DNA from: Octopus sinensis
Lineage: Eukaryota
Assembly (NCBI RefSeq): GCF_006345805.1
Contig: NC_043007.1
Coordinates: 57,846,001-57,910,000, forward strand
Direction of reading: 5' to 3'
DNA length: 64,000 nucleotides
Shown in pieces: positions 27,575 to 41,998 of this stretch (positions are counted from its first letter, which is position 1; each line of letters opens with the position of its first letter). Made by a program: the position numbers and the translations under genes. The notes beneath the pieces are model-generated. The model saw nothing but the letters and a program-made list of their open reading frames with translations, made no database searches and was not told the DNA's origin.

Positions 27575-30500
27575 CTAGCAAATCTACCCATCTACGATGG
27601 AAGCTTAAAATGAGGGTGGTCTGTGACGGAGTTGAGTTGAGTTTAAAGAAAAACATGAAGGTACGAAATTCTTCTGGTGCAACTTTCGCGACCTATATAA
27701 GCGACATCGGTTCCGGACAATGATTCAAATTAGGCCAGATTTTGTACTCGAAACGTCATCTAATTCCGAAATATGCAAATTCGTCTTTAATGATTTAAGT
27801 GAAAAGCTACAGAATCGCATCATGGCTGTGTTCGCGAGCTGTCATCACCTCAACCAATGAAGTGGCAAACAGTGTGAATGAGCACACGATTAGCAACTTC
27901 CCTGGGGAAAGTTGAGAGTGCTGTAGTTCGGATACAATAGATGACGAAAACTACCACCAGTACCCACAGGATTTCTTGAACAACTTAAATACATCGGAAT
28001 TGCCACTCTATAAAATCAAATTGAAAAAGAACTGTCCGATAATACTCCATAGGAATTTTTATCCAACCAACGGACACTGCAATTGAACATGATACACGGT
28101 AGCAGAACTAAATTCCAATGTTATCGAAGCAGCGATTGCAACTGCCCCCCCCCCATGGTAAACGCCTGTTCATTCCGTGGACACCCCTTTTACCAACCGA
28201 TAACCAGTTTCCGTTCCAATTTAAAAGCAGGCAATTTCCTATAAAACTGGAATTCTCATTCACAGCAAACAAGGTACAGGGCCAGACTTTAGATCGTGTA
28301 GGTGTATTTTTACCCACTCCAATGTTTACACACAGCCAGTTATACGTCGCTATAAAGTAGAGCAACGGACTCCAGTAACTTCATCGTCAATTATTAGACT
28401 GGTCATTCTGAAAAGTTGTGCACCTGCATCCTGAGATGATACATAGCAGCAGGACTCTGGTGTTATGTTTATGGACACTCTGAACCGAGAATAATGTGTC
28501 CAGTCATTGTTCAGCAATGTTGCTACAATACCAGATAAGGCTATGGCGAGTACGATTTTTTTCTCCGAACATAGAAAATCTATGATGGTATTCATAAGAT
28601 ATCTTTTGCCAGTTCCACCACTCGCACTCAAGGTGAAAACCTTTTCCAGTTGTTGTAAAACTGATATTACAACCATATCAAAGTTGTGCTTTTGGTCAGT
28701 ATTTAGAGTATCGTAGACGTCAGTAAACACTACTCGAAGACACTCTATGTCATAGTTACATTCTTCTGCGATAACTTTTGACATCAGTTGACCGGTTTCG
28801 TCACCTGGAAATCTCGAACGATGTCAAGTTCATCCTTTTGCAGACGCTCCTGCAGACGAATCAATATTTCATTTTCAATACGAGGGGTAAGGTTTTTTAT
28901 GTTGTTTCTTTGCATGAGATTTGGTCCTAGTTCAGTTTTCCACTCTTCCCAAAAGTTTATCGGATCAGGTGGCCGTCAGTAAATTAACACGATGGTGAAG
29001 AAGTCGCGCAGGGATCTCCGAAGCGAATACTAGCTGCTTCCTCCATTGCAGGGTGTATTTCTTGGTCGTCCGATATCAGTCCAATTTTTCATGCATGCCT
29101 CCTGAAATGTTGAACATACATTTCCGTTCACGGGCTTCAATTCATCAAAGCTAGTTGCACCTTGTGGTGAAGGAGTATCCGAAGGTGAAACAGTTCTAAC
29201 TGATGAGCACTATATGATATGGTTGGGATTCGTCCGATAGTATCAGTTTTGACGTCACCACTATCATCTGTTGTATCTTGTTTTCGTTTTTGCCACGACT
29301 TGGTTTTATTGTTTCAGGTGTAATATTTAGGAAAATCTTGGTATAAAATCTGTCGGGCTTTTTCGTCGTGTTTGTTTGTTTGAAAATAGGCTGTCAGTTA
29401 GTTATCAGTGGTCCGCGTTCCACAGCCGCAGCGACAGAAGTCGAGTTGAATCGTACAGCCTGCTCATGAGGTAAATGTCAGGGTAGCTTTTCGACTGTAG
29501 GATGCTTTTGGTGTATGAAAAATCCATATAACTTTCAGAATGCATCACTTGCAGAGATGTATCGAGCGTTTACAAAGTTTTATATTTCGTTTAATACGGG
29601 AATCAGATATCCTGTTTCCGGTGCTCAGAAGATGATTCGATCTTGTCCTTTTGCAATGTATATGTATAAGTACTTCACTGCTTGGACGGAGTGTACGACC
29701 TCGACGTTGATGTGGGAATTGTATTTTATTGTCAGATATGGACTGTATGGCACTATCCAAGAATTGTCGACTTGTAAAGAAGATATTAAACGTAAGTAAG
29801 CAGTCAGTGTATGTCACTAAGAAATTCATCGGTGTAAGTTGAAGAAAAAACTCACCACAAACTCTGTCTGAACCTTAACGTAAATTTTATTGGTTCTTCC
29901 ACCGTATGCTGGACTTCTGCGATACGTCGAGTAGCTATCTCTCGGAATATAGCTGACTGACTGGAAGGGTTTCGGAAAATCCTTAGTACATCGAGCTCAG
30001 TCTCTCTTGGTTTCCATACACGGACTTCGGGGGTTGATAGCACCGCATGGACCATGAATATTATGTGCCATTACTGAGTTGAATAGCTCTGGGTTTCGGT
30101 GTTTGTCAGGTGTTTCGGCACTAACTACTTAGTCTATGATTTTTGGAACAGTCGGTTTATGACGAATAACCATGATAAGCAGTATATGTGCATGTGTAAG
30201 GCCAGGTTTTTGCTATTTAATAGTTAGTGTATAGGCGACGACTTTTCCCAGAACGTGTTTTTTCAGTAGATCATGGAGAAGTGCGTCAAGCTTGATTTTG
30301 AATACTCGACAGGCAATATCAGGTTGGTCCTGTGCATGATCCCCTGGAAATAGCGCAGTCTGTATCTCCGTCCATTTTGGATTTGTGGCAAATGTGATGA
30401 AGTAATCTGACTTTCCCATTGTTCTCACTATTGCCATGGCGTTTTGGAATGCCTTGCTGTAAAATCTTAGACTGCAGTGGTGGTGGTAGTGGTTTGAAAT

Positions 30501-31698
30501 GCCCTCAGTTGCCGAAAATTCTATAGCAGCTTAAAATGATGCTATGTATGGATTTACTTGCCGAATATAACCTTATATATCCGCCTGCAGATCATTCATA
30601 TGTTTCATCCTATTTTTGATCTCATAGTGTGCATCAAAGAAGTACAGCTGTGCGAATGATAGCGGTTGATTGGTATCTGACATTAAACTTCCAATGGCAT
30701 GATACACTTTGCCTTGGATTTTAAATGTGGGATTAAATCCAGTTATCGAGGTATCAACAACACAACCAATGGACACAAACATGAATGTGTTATTATACGC
30801 TCGAATATTTGTTATGAAATGTGTTATCATTCGCAACAGAGGGAAAATGGTTCTGCTGGCCAATGTTTTGAATAAGAATGTGAGAACGATATGATAACGG
30901 AATGTTACTTTCGATAACGTTTTCCCAAGTCGCGATCAAATTGTAATCTGTAATCCGTTCATCGTCATATTCAGCGAGGGAAATGCTTACCAAAGCATTA
31001 TTTTCCACTTGTACTTGCACTTGTCTTAATTTTCGGCGAGCTAGAGTGTTCCTTATCTGTTCCGAAGCTCTCACTTGGGGATTTTTGCGTGTTCTTTTGC
31101 GAGCTAGCGTATTCCTGCTCTGTTCCGACGCTCTCACTTCTGTATCACGACGAATTCTATGAGCTTCCGTATCCATATTCTGCTGGGCTTGTCTGTATTC
31201 ACTGTTAGATTGTCTCTTACTTTTTATAGCGGCAGCTTTCCTGGTAGTCCTACCAATTCCTGATTTCCGTTTCCAGGTCATAATGGCGTAGAACGAAAGA
31301 AAATTTAATAAAACATTACACAACTTTATGCATACAATCGTTATTGACAAAGTTCATAGTAGTCATACACAGATTAAAGATGAGCCAAAGCCATCACAAT
31401 CATTCCTTAATAAAACTTTTGGCGTAATTCAGTGGAGAAGTAAGTTGATTTACTTCCCTTCGCTTCTTTTATTACGGGTTAACTTCCCTTAATCCTTATT
31501 TACTTTGTGTACGCCCGTAGACTGAAAAATTACCTTCAATATCCACTAAATGATCATGCTCTTTCACATTTTTTTCACTAAAAACCTACATGATTATCTC
31601 TTTCATAATCCCGAAAAACATCGTGACCATTGGTCCAGCCGTTTGACCGTCAGGAAGGTACAGAGAGATATACGGACATTACTCCCATTATAGTATGA
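27575..31698 (-). mobile_element. Helitron (RepHel pseudogene) with both termini
   Basis: 5' A|TCATACTATAAT at 31698; 3' hairpin CCATC-GTA-GATGG (27588-27600), 9 nt, then CTAG|T at 27575-27578; RAYNNTF/FKIQGKVYHAIGSL, DYFITFATNPKW, QKPGLTHAHILL (HUH 30186-30194), DNSWIVPYSPYL..HINVEV..VKYLY, ARYISASDA, TKLTAYF, Walker A SGGTGK (~28605-28619), Walker B IIDDEV. Confidence 0.93.
27601..28358 (+). pseudogene. Inverted C-terminal half of the Helitron Pif1 helicase
   Basis: Plus strand: LSLKKNMKV..FATYISDIGSG, SRAVITSTNE, YPQDFLNNL, RQFPIKLEFSFTANKVQGQTLDRVGVFL..FTHSQLYVA. Confidence 0.9.
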
Positions 31699-31821
31699 TA
31701 AATCTTTCAAGGACAACATACTGATTTTTTCCAGTTCTTTCTCTCCCCTTTATTAACGAAACACTTGTAATTATACTTTACAACAACTTAATTATATTTA
31801 CTTCTGTTAATACTCTATCAT

Positions 31822-32041
31822 AAGGCGGCGAGCAGGCTGAATCGATAGCATACCGGGCGAAATGCTTAGCAGTATTCGTTCGTGTTTACGTTCCGGGTTC
31901 ACATTCCGCTGGGGTCGGCTTTTCCTTTCATCCTTTCGGGGTGGTTAAAATAAGTAACAGTTGAGCACTGGGATCGATGTAATCGATTTAGCCCCTCCCC
32001 CGAACTTGCAGACCGCGTGCCAAAACTTGAAAGCATTATTA
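31822..32041 (+). mobile_element. SINE-B copy
   Basis: AAGGCGGCGAGCAGGCTGAATCGATAGC..GGTTCACATTCCGCTGGGGTCGGCTTTCCTTTCATCCTTTCGGGGTGG. Confidence 0.85.
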
Positions 32042-32699
32042 TGCTACGTTTTATGGCCTTGTGCCAAAAATTTAAAATTATTAATAGTCTATCATTTGGA
32101 TCATTCGTTGCAAACGCGGACCAATATCGGATTGCCAAGATTCTGGATTTTTCTTATATATGTACGCACACATAAACACACAGAGTTATACCAACTGTCA
32201 TACAATCATAGTATATTTATCCACACAAATACATACATACAAACACGCATAACCAAATTAACGAATATATGCAAATATCCTCACACATGCTTGTATACCA
32301 TTAGCGCACGCAAACATACGCGGTCACAAACACAAATACGCGTGTTGAATGGGCGTCTTGAATGGGGGGTCTATGTGGCTTCCTGGCCTGGCCTGTTAGA
32401 AATGGTAGCCAAATCGCCGATAAAGTACGCCCTTGCGTCTTAAACATACACTGAAATCCATTGAAATGCACATACAACAATGTGTTCCTAAATACAGTAT
32501 GTCGTAAAAGTTGACGGGTTGATCATGCCTGGAACACCTATTAGAATAGTTATACTGGATCAGGACCGATCCAGTGCTACATTAAACAACAAAAACCATC
32601 CACTCAACAAAACAGATACATAAAGTTTAGCCGCCACGTACAAGCGAGTAGGATTTGGTAACATGTTCAATGGTTTCGATAGTTGTGTTAGGTGCATAT

Positions 32700-32952
32700 G
32701 CAGTGCAGAGCAAACACAGACAGTCTTCTCGGCCCTTTTACTCTTAAACAAGTGGAACATCGAAGATGTTACAGCTGAAGAGAGTAAGAACTGTACAGGC
32801 CGACTGCTAGTATTTATTTTCAACACCAGGAGACTGGAGCATCGGAAAATGATATACCTTACTCAGTACACGACTCGCTTTCCCGTTCAAGGGATTGAAC
32901 CCACAACCTGAAGATGGTGAGCGCAACACCACTAAACCATTCGGCCGTACGC
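32700..32952 (-). mobile_element. Old tRNA-headed SINE, C-related
   Basis: Reverse complement GCGTACGGCCGAATGGTTTAGTGGTGTTGCGCTCACC..GTGGGTTCAATCCC..GTACTGAGTAAGG..GATGCTCCAGTC. Confidence 0.55.
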
Positions 32953-33179
32953 TTTCAAATAGATACTTATATAACGTTCATAGAAACCTATGCATAGTTA
33001 GACACATGAATCAACATTTGAAGTTGTCCCCCAAAATTAAAAAAATTACATCGACTTATGATATATAGAGGACGTCAAAGAAAATGAGAGACTGACAGGC
33101 AAAAAAATAAGAGAAAGGGGAAGAGGAGAGACAAGGATCGGGAAGCGACAGATGATAGCAAAGTATGTGTGTATATATC

Positions 33180-33352
33180 GTTTCTTTTACTTGTTTCAGC
33201 CATTAGAATGTGGCCATGCTGTGGCACCGCCTTGGAGAATATTTTAGTCGAATGAATCGATCCCAGTACTCATTATTTTTAAGCCTCGTACTTATTCTAT
33301 CGACCTTTTTGCCAAACTGCTAAGTTACAGAGATGTAAACATACCACCACCG
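33180..33352 (-). mobile_element. SINE-A right module
   Basis: CTTGTTTCAGCCATTAGAATGTGGCCATGCTGTGGCACCGCC..GTACTTATTCTATCGACC. Confidence 0.8.
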
Positions 33353-33423
33353 GTGTTTTTACATCCCAATATACACACACACACACCCACACATACATAT
33401 ATATAAATATATATACATACACG

Positions 33424-33457
<34 letters not shown>

Positions 33458-33459
33458 AA

Positions 33460-33644
33460 CGAACAACAAACACAAGAAAAAGAACAACGCGAGGACGTGG
33501 TGCATGTTAAGTATTAGCAGACGCTCAGGGAAGGAAAGAAAAGTGGTTTAACGTTTCGAGCAAAGCTCTTCTTCAGAAACAGAGGAAAGTCCAATAGAAA
33601 AGGAAGACGAAGGAAAAAATATCGCCAATGATTCACAATATGGT

Positions 33645-33645
<1 letters not shown>
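33460..33645 (-). mobile_element. Penelope-type terminal repeat (subfamily 1) containing a hammerhead-like motif
   Basis: Shares GAAGAGC..GCTCGAAACGT..CTTTTC..TGAGCGT..CTAATAC with subfamily 2; 3' end in (TA)n. Confidence 0.7.
33546..33580 (-). ncRNA. Minimal type-I hammerhead-like motif
   Basis: GTTT CTGAAGA A GAGC-TTT-GCTC GAA ACGT T AAAC: all three stems pair, stem III is palindromic. Confidence 0.65.
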
Positions 33646-33680
<35 letters not shown>

Positions 33681-33687
33681 TATACAT

Positions 33688-33962
<275 letters not shown>

Positions 33963-33964
33963 AA

Positions 33965-34436
33965 TTCTCTCCGATCCGTCCACTTCACACATCTTCTCTA
34001 ACCGACCCTCCCCTCCTTCAAGCGAGCTCTCAACCTATGAGACCTCTTAGTCCACAGCTTCTTCCCTAACCCTACCTCCGAACCTGGCTCGTTCCCCTGC
34101 TCCCGCCCACGCTGCCGCACTTGTTCTTACCTCTCCAACACCACCCTCCTCACCGGCACCCATCATCGACCCTATCGCATCACCGACTCCTTCACCTGCA
34201 CTTCTACCAATATCATCTGTTGTATCTCCTGCTCTCTCTGCTATTCCCTGTACATCGGACAAACAGGATGCCGCTTGGCTGACGGGCTCGCGAAACAACT
34301 TCGAGACATCCGCCTCGGCAATGGCACCCCGGTCTCACGCCATTTCCGCTCTACCGATCACTCTTTGCAACACCTGTCCGTGTTCGGATTGTCCTTGCAC
34401 AGAGGCCATTCAGACTCCCGTTTGCGCCGTGATTAA
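33965..34436 (+). pseudogene. Penelope-like element GIY-YIG endonuclease C-terminal fragment
   Basis: SFKRALNL*DLLVHS..FPCSRPRCRTCSYL..FTCTSTNIICCISCSLCYSLYIGQT (YIG 34251-34259)..RDIRLGNGTPVSRHF..LSVFGL; stop 34434-34436. Confidence 0.9.
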
Positions 34437-34899
34437 TCTTCTCTCTTCGCCTCCCCTCTTCATCTAAGAGAGAAGAGAGAAAGAGAGTAAGAGAGAGAAG
34501 AGAAAGAGAATAGGGGTGAAGAGAAGTAGGCTCGAAACGTAAAAGACTTTTCATATCTGTTTGTTGTCTACACCACCTGTTTCCGTCTTTTGTTTTTTTC
34601 GTGAATTCTCCCTATATATATATATATGCCATATATATATGCCATATATATATGTATATATATAGGGGGAGTTCACGAAAAAACAAAAGACGACGAGAGG
34701 TGGTGTAGAAACAAACAGATGTATTAGTATAACGCTCAGGAATTGAAAAAGTCGTTTACGTTTCGACACTACGCTCTTCTACAGAAAGGCAGACAGAAAA
34801 AAACAAGGAGAGAAAAAAATGCTTGTAGTGGCTACCGATGCTCCAGCATGGCCGAAATCAAATGACTGAAACAAGTAATGGAATAAAAGAACAGAACAG

Positions 34900-35010
<111 letters not shown>

Positions 35011-35144
35011 CGACAGAGACAGACAGACAGACAGAAGAACGAGCGAACAGGCAAATGACAGAAAGTGAGAGGAGATGGAATAGAGCGTCAGATGTTAGCA
35101 ATGTCTGTGTGTGTGTGTTTACAAACACACACACATATATATAT

Positions 35145-35359
35145 ATTTTTTTTATTCTTTACCTGTTTCAAACATTTGACTACAACCATGCTGGAGCACT
35201 GCCTTTCAAGTTTTTTATTCGAATAAGTCGACTTCATAACTTGTTCTTTGTAAGTTTCGTAGATATTCTATTGAACTATTATGCCGAACCGTTATGTTAC
35301 GGATACTTAAGGTTGTCAAGTGATGATGGGGGACAAACGCTGACGCATACACACATATG

Positions 35360-35399
<40 letters not shown>

Positions 35400-35572
35400 T
35401 ATATATAGGTCGAGCTTCTTTCAGTTTCCTTCTACCAAATCAACTCACAAGGCTTTGGTCGGCCCGACGCTATAGTGGAACACACCTGCCCAATGCGTCA
35501 CGCAGTAGGACTGAACCCTAAACCTTGTCGCCGGGAAGCAAGCGTCTACCACACAGCCACAGCTATATTTAG
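35145..35572 (-). mobile_element. SINE-A copy
   Basis: CATGCTGGAGCAC.. microsatellite ..CTTCTTTCAGTTTCC..CTCACAAGGCTTTGGTCGGCCCG..ACCACACAGCCAC. Confidence 0.85.
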
Positions 35573-35579
35573 ATAGATG

Positions 35580-35670
<91 letters not shown>

Positions 35671-35734
35671 GGATAGATGATAGATAGATAGATTCGATAG
35701 ATAGATAGATAGAAAGATAGATAGATAGATAGAC

Positions 35735-35831
<97 letters not shown>

Positions 35832-36217
35832 TTCATATATACATACATAAATACATACATACACACACACATAAATACATACGTACACATATAGGGATAT
35901 GAGTATGGATATTTTTGACATGCGCGTAGACACATATATTCATATATTTGCATATATACCTGTGTTGATATCATATACCTAAATCTACATAAATACAAAA
36001 TTATTTTTGTTTTATATACAAATATATAACGTGTATACGGACATACAAGTGGATATGTCCGTGGGTTTTTGTGCTTCTATGTCTCACTTGCGTATTTACG
36101 TTAGTAAAAGTGTGAGTGCATTCATTATTTCACGCCATAGCACATTCCTCATTCGTGTACAGAAACGTACGAGCGTATGTATGCATTGAATGTATGTATA
36201 CGTATTATGGATGTGTG

Positions 36218-36259
<42 letters not shown>

Positions 36260-36759
36260 CATACATACATATATATACATTTATATATGCGGCTGGAGTG
36301 TGTGCGTGTATATAATAAACTTACACACATACACACGGAGAAAAAGAGGTAGATAAGCAAATAGAGATGTATACATATATACATGTATACATATGCACAC
36401 CAACATACATGCGTCATACATAGTTACACACATACGCACAGACATATACTAACTTACACTAATGTATATTGCGTAAGTATACTTATGTATAGATACATGC
36501 ATGCGGAATATCAACAATATGATAAAAGGAGAAAAAATCAAAAAATATATATATATATATAAAAGCAGAAAAAGCTGCAAAGAAATATCCGAATCTGTAG
36601 AAAATTATCGATGACGATAAAACATTATATATTACCCACAGGAAATTTCACATTGGCTTAACGCCATCTCTGTTAAATTGTCTTTTATTGCTGTTATCGC
36701 AGTCGATGTTTTGATACAACCCTCCTTTTTTTTTTATATTGGTGACGATGATATTGTTG

Positions 36760-37201
36760 ATGTATGGTGGTTATGACGGTGGTGGTGGTGGTGGTGGTGG
36801 TGGTCACCAACTCCATAGTCATCACTGTTAATGCTGCTGTTCGTTGTTGTTTTTTGTTGATGATGGTGGTAGTGGTGGTGGTGACACTGGCGATTGTGTT
36901 GACGGCGGAGATGGGGTAGTGTGGTGGCTTTTAAATTTCTACTGTGTGTGAAGGTGGTGGCGGCCATAGTCCTGCTGCTGCTGCTAGTTGTGGTGTTGGT
37001 GGGCGATTGGTGCTGTTGCTGTATGTATTGATGATGGCAGAGTCGTGATGCTGCTAACTTTGTTGCTGTTGGTGGTAGTGTTCATGATGGTGTTCCTGTT
37101 GTTGTTGTTGTTGTAGATGGCGCTGTAAGTAGTGTTGATGGTAGTTGTGGGGGTTTTGTTGATGGGTGTAGTGACGCTCATAGCGTTAGTTGTTGCTGTT
37201 C

Positions 37202-37239
<38 letters not shown>

Positions 37240-37400
37240 ATTGCTGTTGTTGTCAGCGACAGCGGCTGTGGCGGAGGTGGTGGTGGTGGTGGTGGTGGTG
37301 GTGATGTGGTGGTGGCTGCAGTGGTGGCGATGGTGGTTATGGAGGTCACTGTTTTGGTGATGCTGAAGCGATGGTGGCAGTGGCAATAACGGTGGTGCCA
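36760..37400. repeat. GGT/GTT/AGT trinucleotide low-complexity tract
   Basis: Direct reading. Confidence 0.88.
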
Positions 37401-37677
37401 TGCCAGCTTGCTTAATGGTATTGTTATAATGATAACCGTAATGGCGTATAAAGACCCATACTTAATTTCCAGCTATGTCTGCTAACGTCGCCTGCCCCAT
37501 ATTTATGCTTGGCAGAACGGTTAAATCCTCTCTACATTTACGTATTTATGTAGGTACACAAACAAACGTATACATAGTTACACATAACAACGCATGGCGA
37601 TTTTATGCATATATGTTTATATATCGGCTACCTAACTATCCCCCAAACTCTTCTTCTCTCTCACCCTCTCCCTGTAT

Positions 37678-37747
<70 letters not shown>

Positions 37748-38120
37748 TATATATATTATATATATTATATATATATATATACATATGTACACAAACACAC
37801 ACACACACACAAATATATATAGACACAGATATATACATATGTATATATATATATTACATATACATATATATATATGTATATATATGAGAATAAATATATA
37901 CATGCATACACTCACACAAACACTTTTGTATAACTGTATATATGTATGTGTGAGTGTATCTGTGTGTATGTGTATTAGGTTTTACCGATTTTATTATATC
38001 GGTTATAGCCATCGTTGGACACCAACACGTCTCTATTCACTCACACAACGCACACACAATACACACAGCACAGCTACCAACACATATGTAAGCGTGTTTG
38101 TGTGTGTGAGAGAGAGAGAT

Positions 38121-38190
<70 letters not shown>

Positions 38191-38852
38191 AGTGAGTGAG
38201 GAACAAGATTTGGCGAAATATCCCAACTTTTAAATCTATGAATCTAGTGATATGTAAGTAATATCTTTGTTTCTCTAAAACACGATTTTGTCTGTTTAAA
38301 CAAAATAGACAGATAGGCATACACATAAAATCAAAGTTATTTTTCCCAGTAAACATGCACACACACACACACACACATACATACACACACACACATACAC
38401 ATTTATATTCCTATATGTGTGTATGTGGACGTATCTATATGTATGTGTGTGTTTGTGTGTGTATTGCGTTTTGAGATGATTGTTGACGTGGAGAGTAGAC
38501 TGTTGCAGGAAAGCTCTTTTTTGTAGTTTATTGAATATTCTATTCTCCCCTCTTCTTAAATGCTTGCTTTGCTGTATATTTCGTCGACATAGTTGCTTTG
38601 TTTTTATTTTTATTGCCGATAGAAGCAGCGTCAATGATTTCCGCTTTATCTAAACTGTTGTTGTGTCTGTTATTTCCTTTGTTCATTTATACTGGTTCAT
38701 CACGTCGAAGAGTTGATCTCTGGTTTCGGATGATCGGCGTTGGTTCTACGCCGAGGAAAGGTGAAAAAATGTCTAAGTGGTAAAAGGAGGTGGTCGTTAA
38801 TGGCCACGCCAATCACCTTTTAAAATATTAGGAGAGAAATGAGAGACAGCAT

Positions 38853-38915
<63 letters not shown>

Positions 38916-38991
38916 ACAGACTGACTGACAGACAGGCAGACAGGCAGGCAGACAGACAAACAGATAGATAGATAGATAAAGGGATTGACAG

Positions 38992-39702
<711 letters not shown>

Positions 39703-40472
39703 AATAAGTATCCTGTTTCATGTGAAAGAATAGGAATAAGAAATTTAGGATCACGATGTAATCCAATGTTCCTCTCACCTGCTTTGTCAGGTGACAAATA
39801 TAGATACAATTGGAAATTAGGAGGTGAACCTACTAACCATTTAAACGAAATACGTGTGTGTGCTTATAAACATATATACGTATATATTAGTTCACTTCGT
39901 GCCATAATGCCGTAACAGGATGTCTCCAACTAACTATGTTTGCTGCCACTGTTCTGGTCTCATTCTAGCTTCTACACCCTTTTCGTCTCTTTTCCTTGTC
40001 AATGACGACCGTTAACCATGTGGTTTTAGGGCGCCCTGCTGTTCTTTTCCCCCGCGGGCTTCTAATTTAGCGCCACCATACAATCGCTTTCTCGATGTCA
40101 TGTGTGTGTGTGAAACAAATAATTTTCCTTACTCGAGTTTCACAGCAATGCGATTGTCAGACGAAGCAGCTTTAGATACTCCGGCGCGGATTCTTTTTTC
40201 AGTATATGACTATCCTTTACATTGACCGATTTTACAATGTTTTACAAAGGTATTATTTGGGATTTACATTAATCCATAGGTCGAATCGTTGGTTTATACA
40301 TTTTTCATTAGTAGTCATTAATTAGACAGTTGTTCTGTCACCATTTCTTAATATATAGGTGGCCATATCTATGTATATTCGCTTATATCTTTATAAACGT
40401 ATACAAACGTATATAGATTTATATAAACGTAGATATATGTATGTGCGTGTATTCTACCTGTCTGTACACACC

Positions 40473-40694
40473 TTTCAATGCAATGTATGCCAAAAGGTTT
40501 GCAAATCTGACGGAGGCCTCAAAAGACATTTTAAGATCCACAAAGATCAGAACTTATCTGCAACTCTTGGTGGTCCCAGTCGGATATGCAATTTATGTGG
40601 GTGTATTTTCAAAACATTGTCTGGTTTAAAACGCTACTTCAGGTACCATGATGGTTCTAAGGTACAGGAGGTGGTCACTCTGCATAAGGAGTAG
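40473..40694 (+). pseudogene. Two C2H2 zinc-finger motifs; probably the 3' end of an RTE-type LINE rather than a host exon
   Basis: FQCNVCQKVCKSDGGLKRHFKIH (C-x2-C-x12-H-x3-H) and ICNLCGCIFKTLSGLKRYFRYH (first H replaced by Y); no TGEKP linker; stop followed by an (ATGT)n tail. Confidence 0.55.
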
Positions 40695-40854
40695 TCAACT
40701 ATCATGTATGCATGAATGTATGTATGTATGTTTGTATGTATGTATGTATGTATGTATGTATGTATTATGTATGTATGTATGTATGTATGTATGTATGTAT
40801 GTATGTTTGTATACTATTAGTTACAAACATTTACCAAACAGCTATGCATGTATA

Positions 40855-41275
40855 CTCTGTTCTTGGTTTCAGTCACTGGACTGCAGCCATACTGGAGCGT
40901 ATCTTTGAAAGATTTTTCTTAATCAAATCGATTCTAATAGTTTTTTTCTTATTCAGTTTCTATTCTACTGAAACGCTAGGTTATTTGTGACGTTGACGAA
41001 CACAGATTGTGAACTGATGTCACGCAGAGACAAGATAAGGTGAGATACAAACATACACAAGCATCTACATTCGCACATAGATATACGCACATATGTGTTT
41101 GTATGTGTGTGTGTGTGTGTGTGCATGTGTGTATGTACCTGTGTGTCAGTATACCAAATCCACTCACAAGGCTTTGAACGGCCCAGAGTTATAGTGGAAG
41201 GCACATACCTATGAAATTATGCTATGGGATTGAACCCGAAACCATCTGGTTTCGAAGCAGAATAATTAACTTCAC
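40855..41275 (-). mobile_element. SINE-A copy (diverged)
   Basis: GTTTCAGTCACTGGACTGCAGCCATACTGGAGC..ACCAAATCCACTCACAAGGCTTTG..TTGAACCCGAAACCATCTGGTT. Confidence 0.75.
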
Positions 41276-41875
41276 ACATATGACTACTCCTATTTATGTA
41301 TGTAAATCTTCTTATACGTCTGAATAGATATATATATTAACGTATGTGTGGGTGTATAATTAAAAAGAAGAATATGATTAAAATGAAAAACATTGATTAA
41401 AACAGGACTGTGAAAGTGTATGTGTGAACGTGTATATGAAAGAGAATGGAGAGAATGGAGGGAGAGAGAATTGGGGGATGAAAGAGATATTGTTAAGGTC
41501 AGTTTATAAGAACAAAATGTCCAAAACATAGATCATATTCGTTCGGCTATATCGATAGTCATCCAACCATTTAGTTATGCGGTCAACCGTGCCGTGAGGA
41601 AACACCGGAGGACACCGATCAGGCGTTCTCCTGTGGGCTGATCTGCTTCAACCCATATCTCACCACATCATTCTCTATAATACCACGCAGCAACCACACC
41701 ATATCCTTGTCACACTAATCAAACATGGCGCCTGTCGAGCATCTGTCACTCGAACTGGTTAGAGACAGGACTCGCTCGTGCAGCATTACGGGGTATAAAT
41801 ATAAGTGTGTCTATGTTCGTTCATACACACACACACACAGACACACATACACAGACTCTTTCCTACACACATATG

Positions 41876-41906
<31 letters not shown>

Positions 41907-41952
41907 GTACGAATATTACACAAATGAATGTATGTTTATCTCAATATATACA

Positions 41953-41998
<46 letters not shown>

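Noticed and set aside
30793-31350. 185-aa minus-strand ORF as a host gene
   Set aside because: It lies inside the Helitron termini, upstream of and collinear with RepHel; it is the element's N-terminal region
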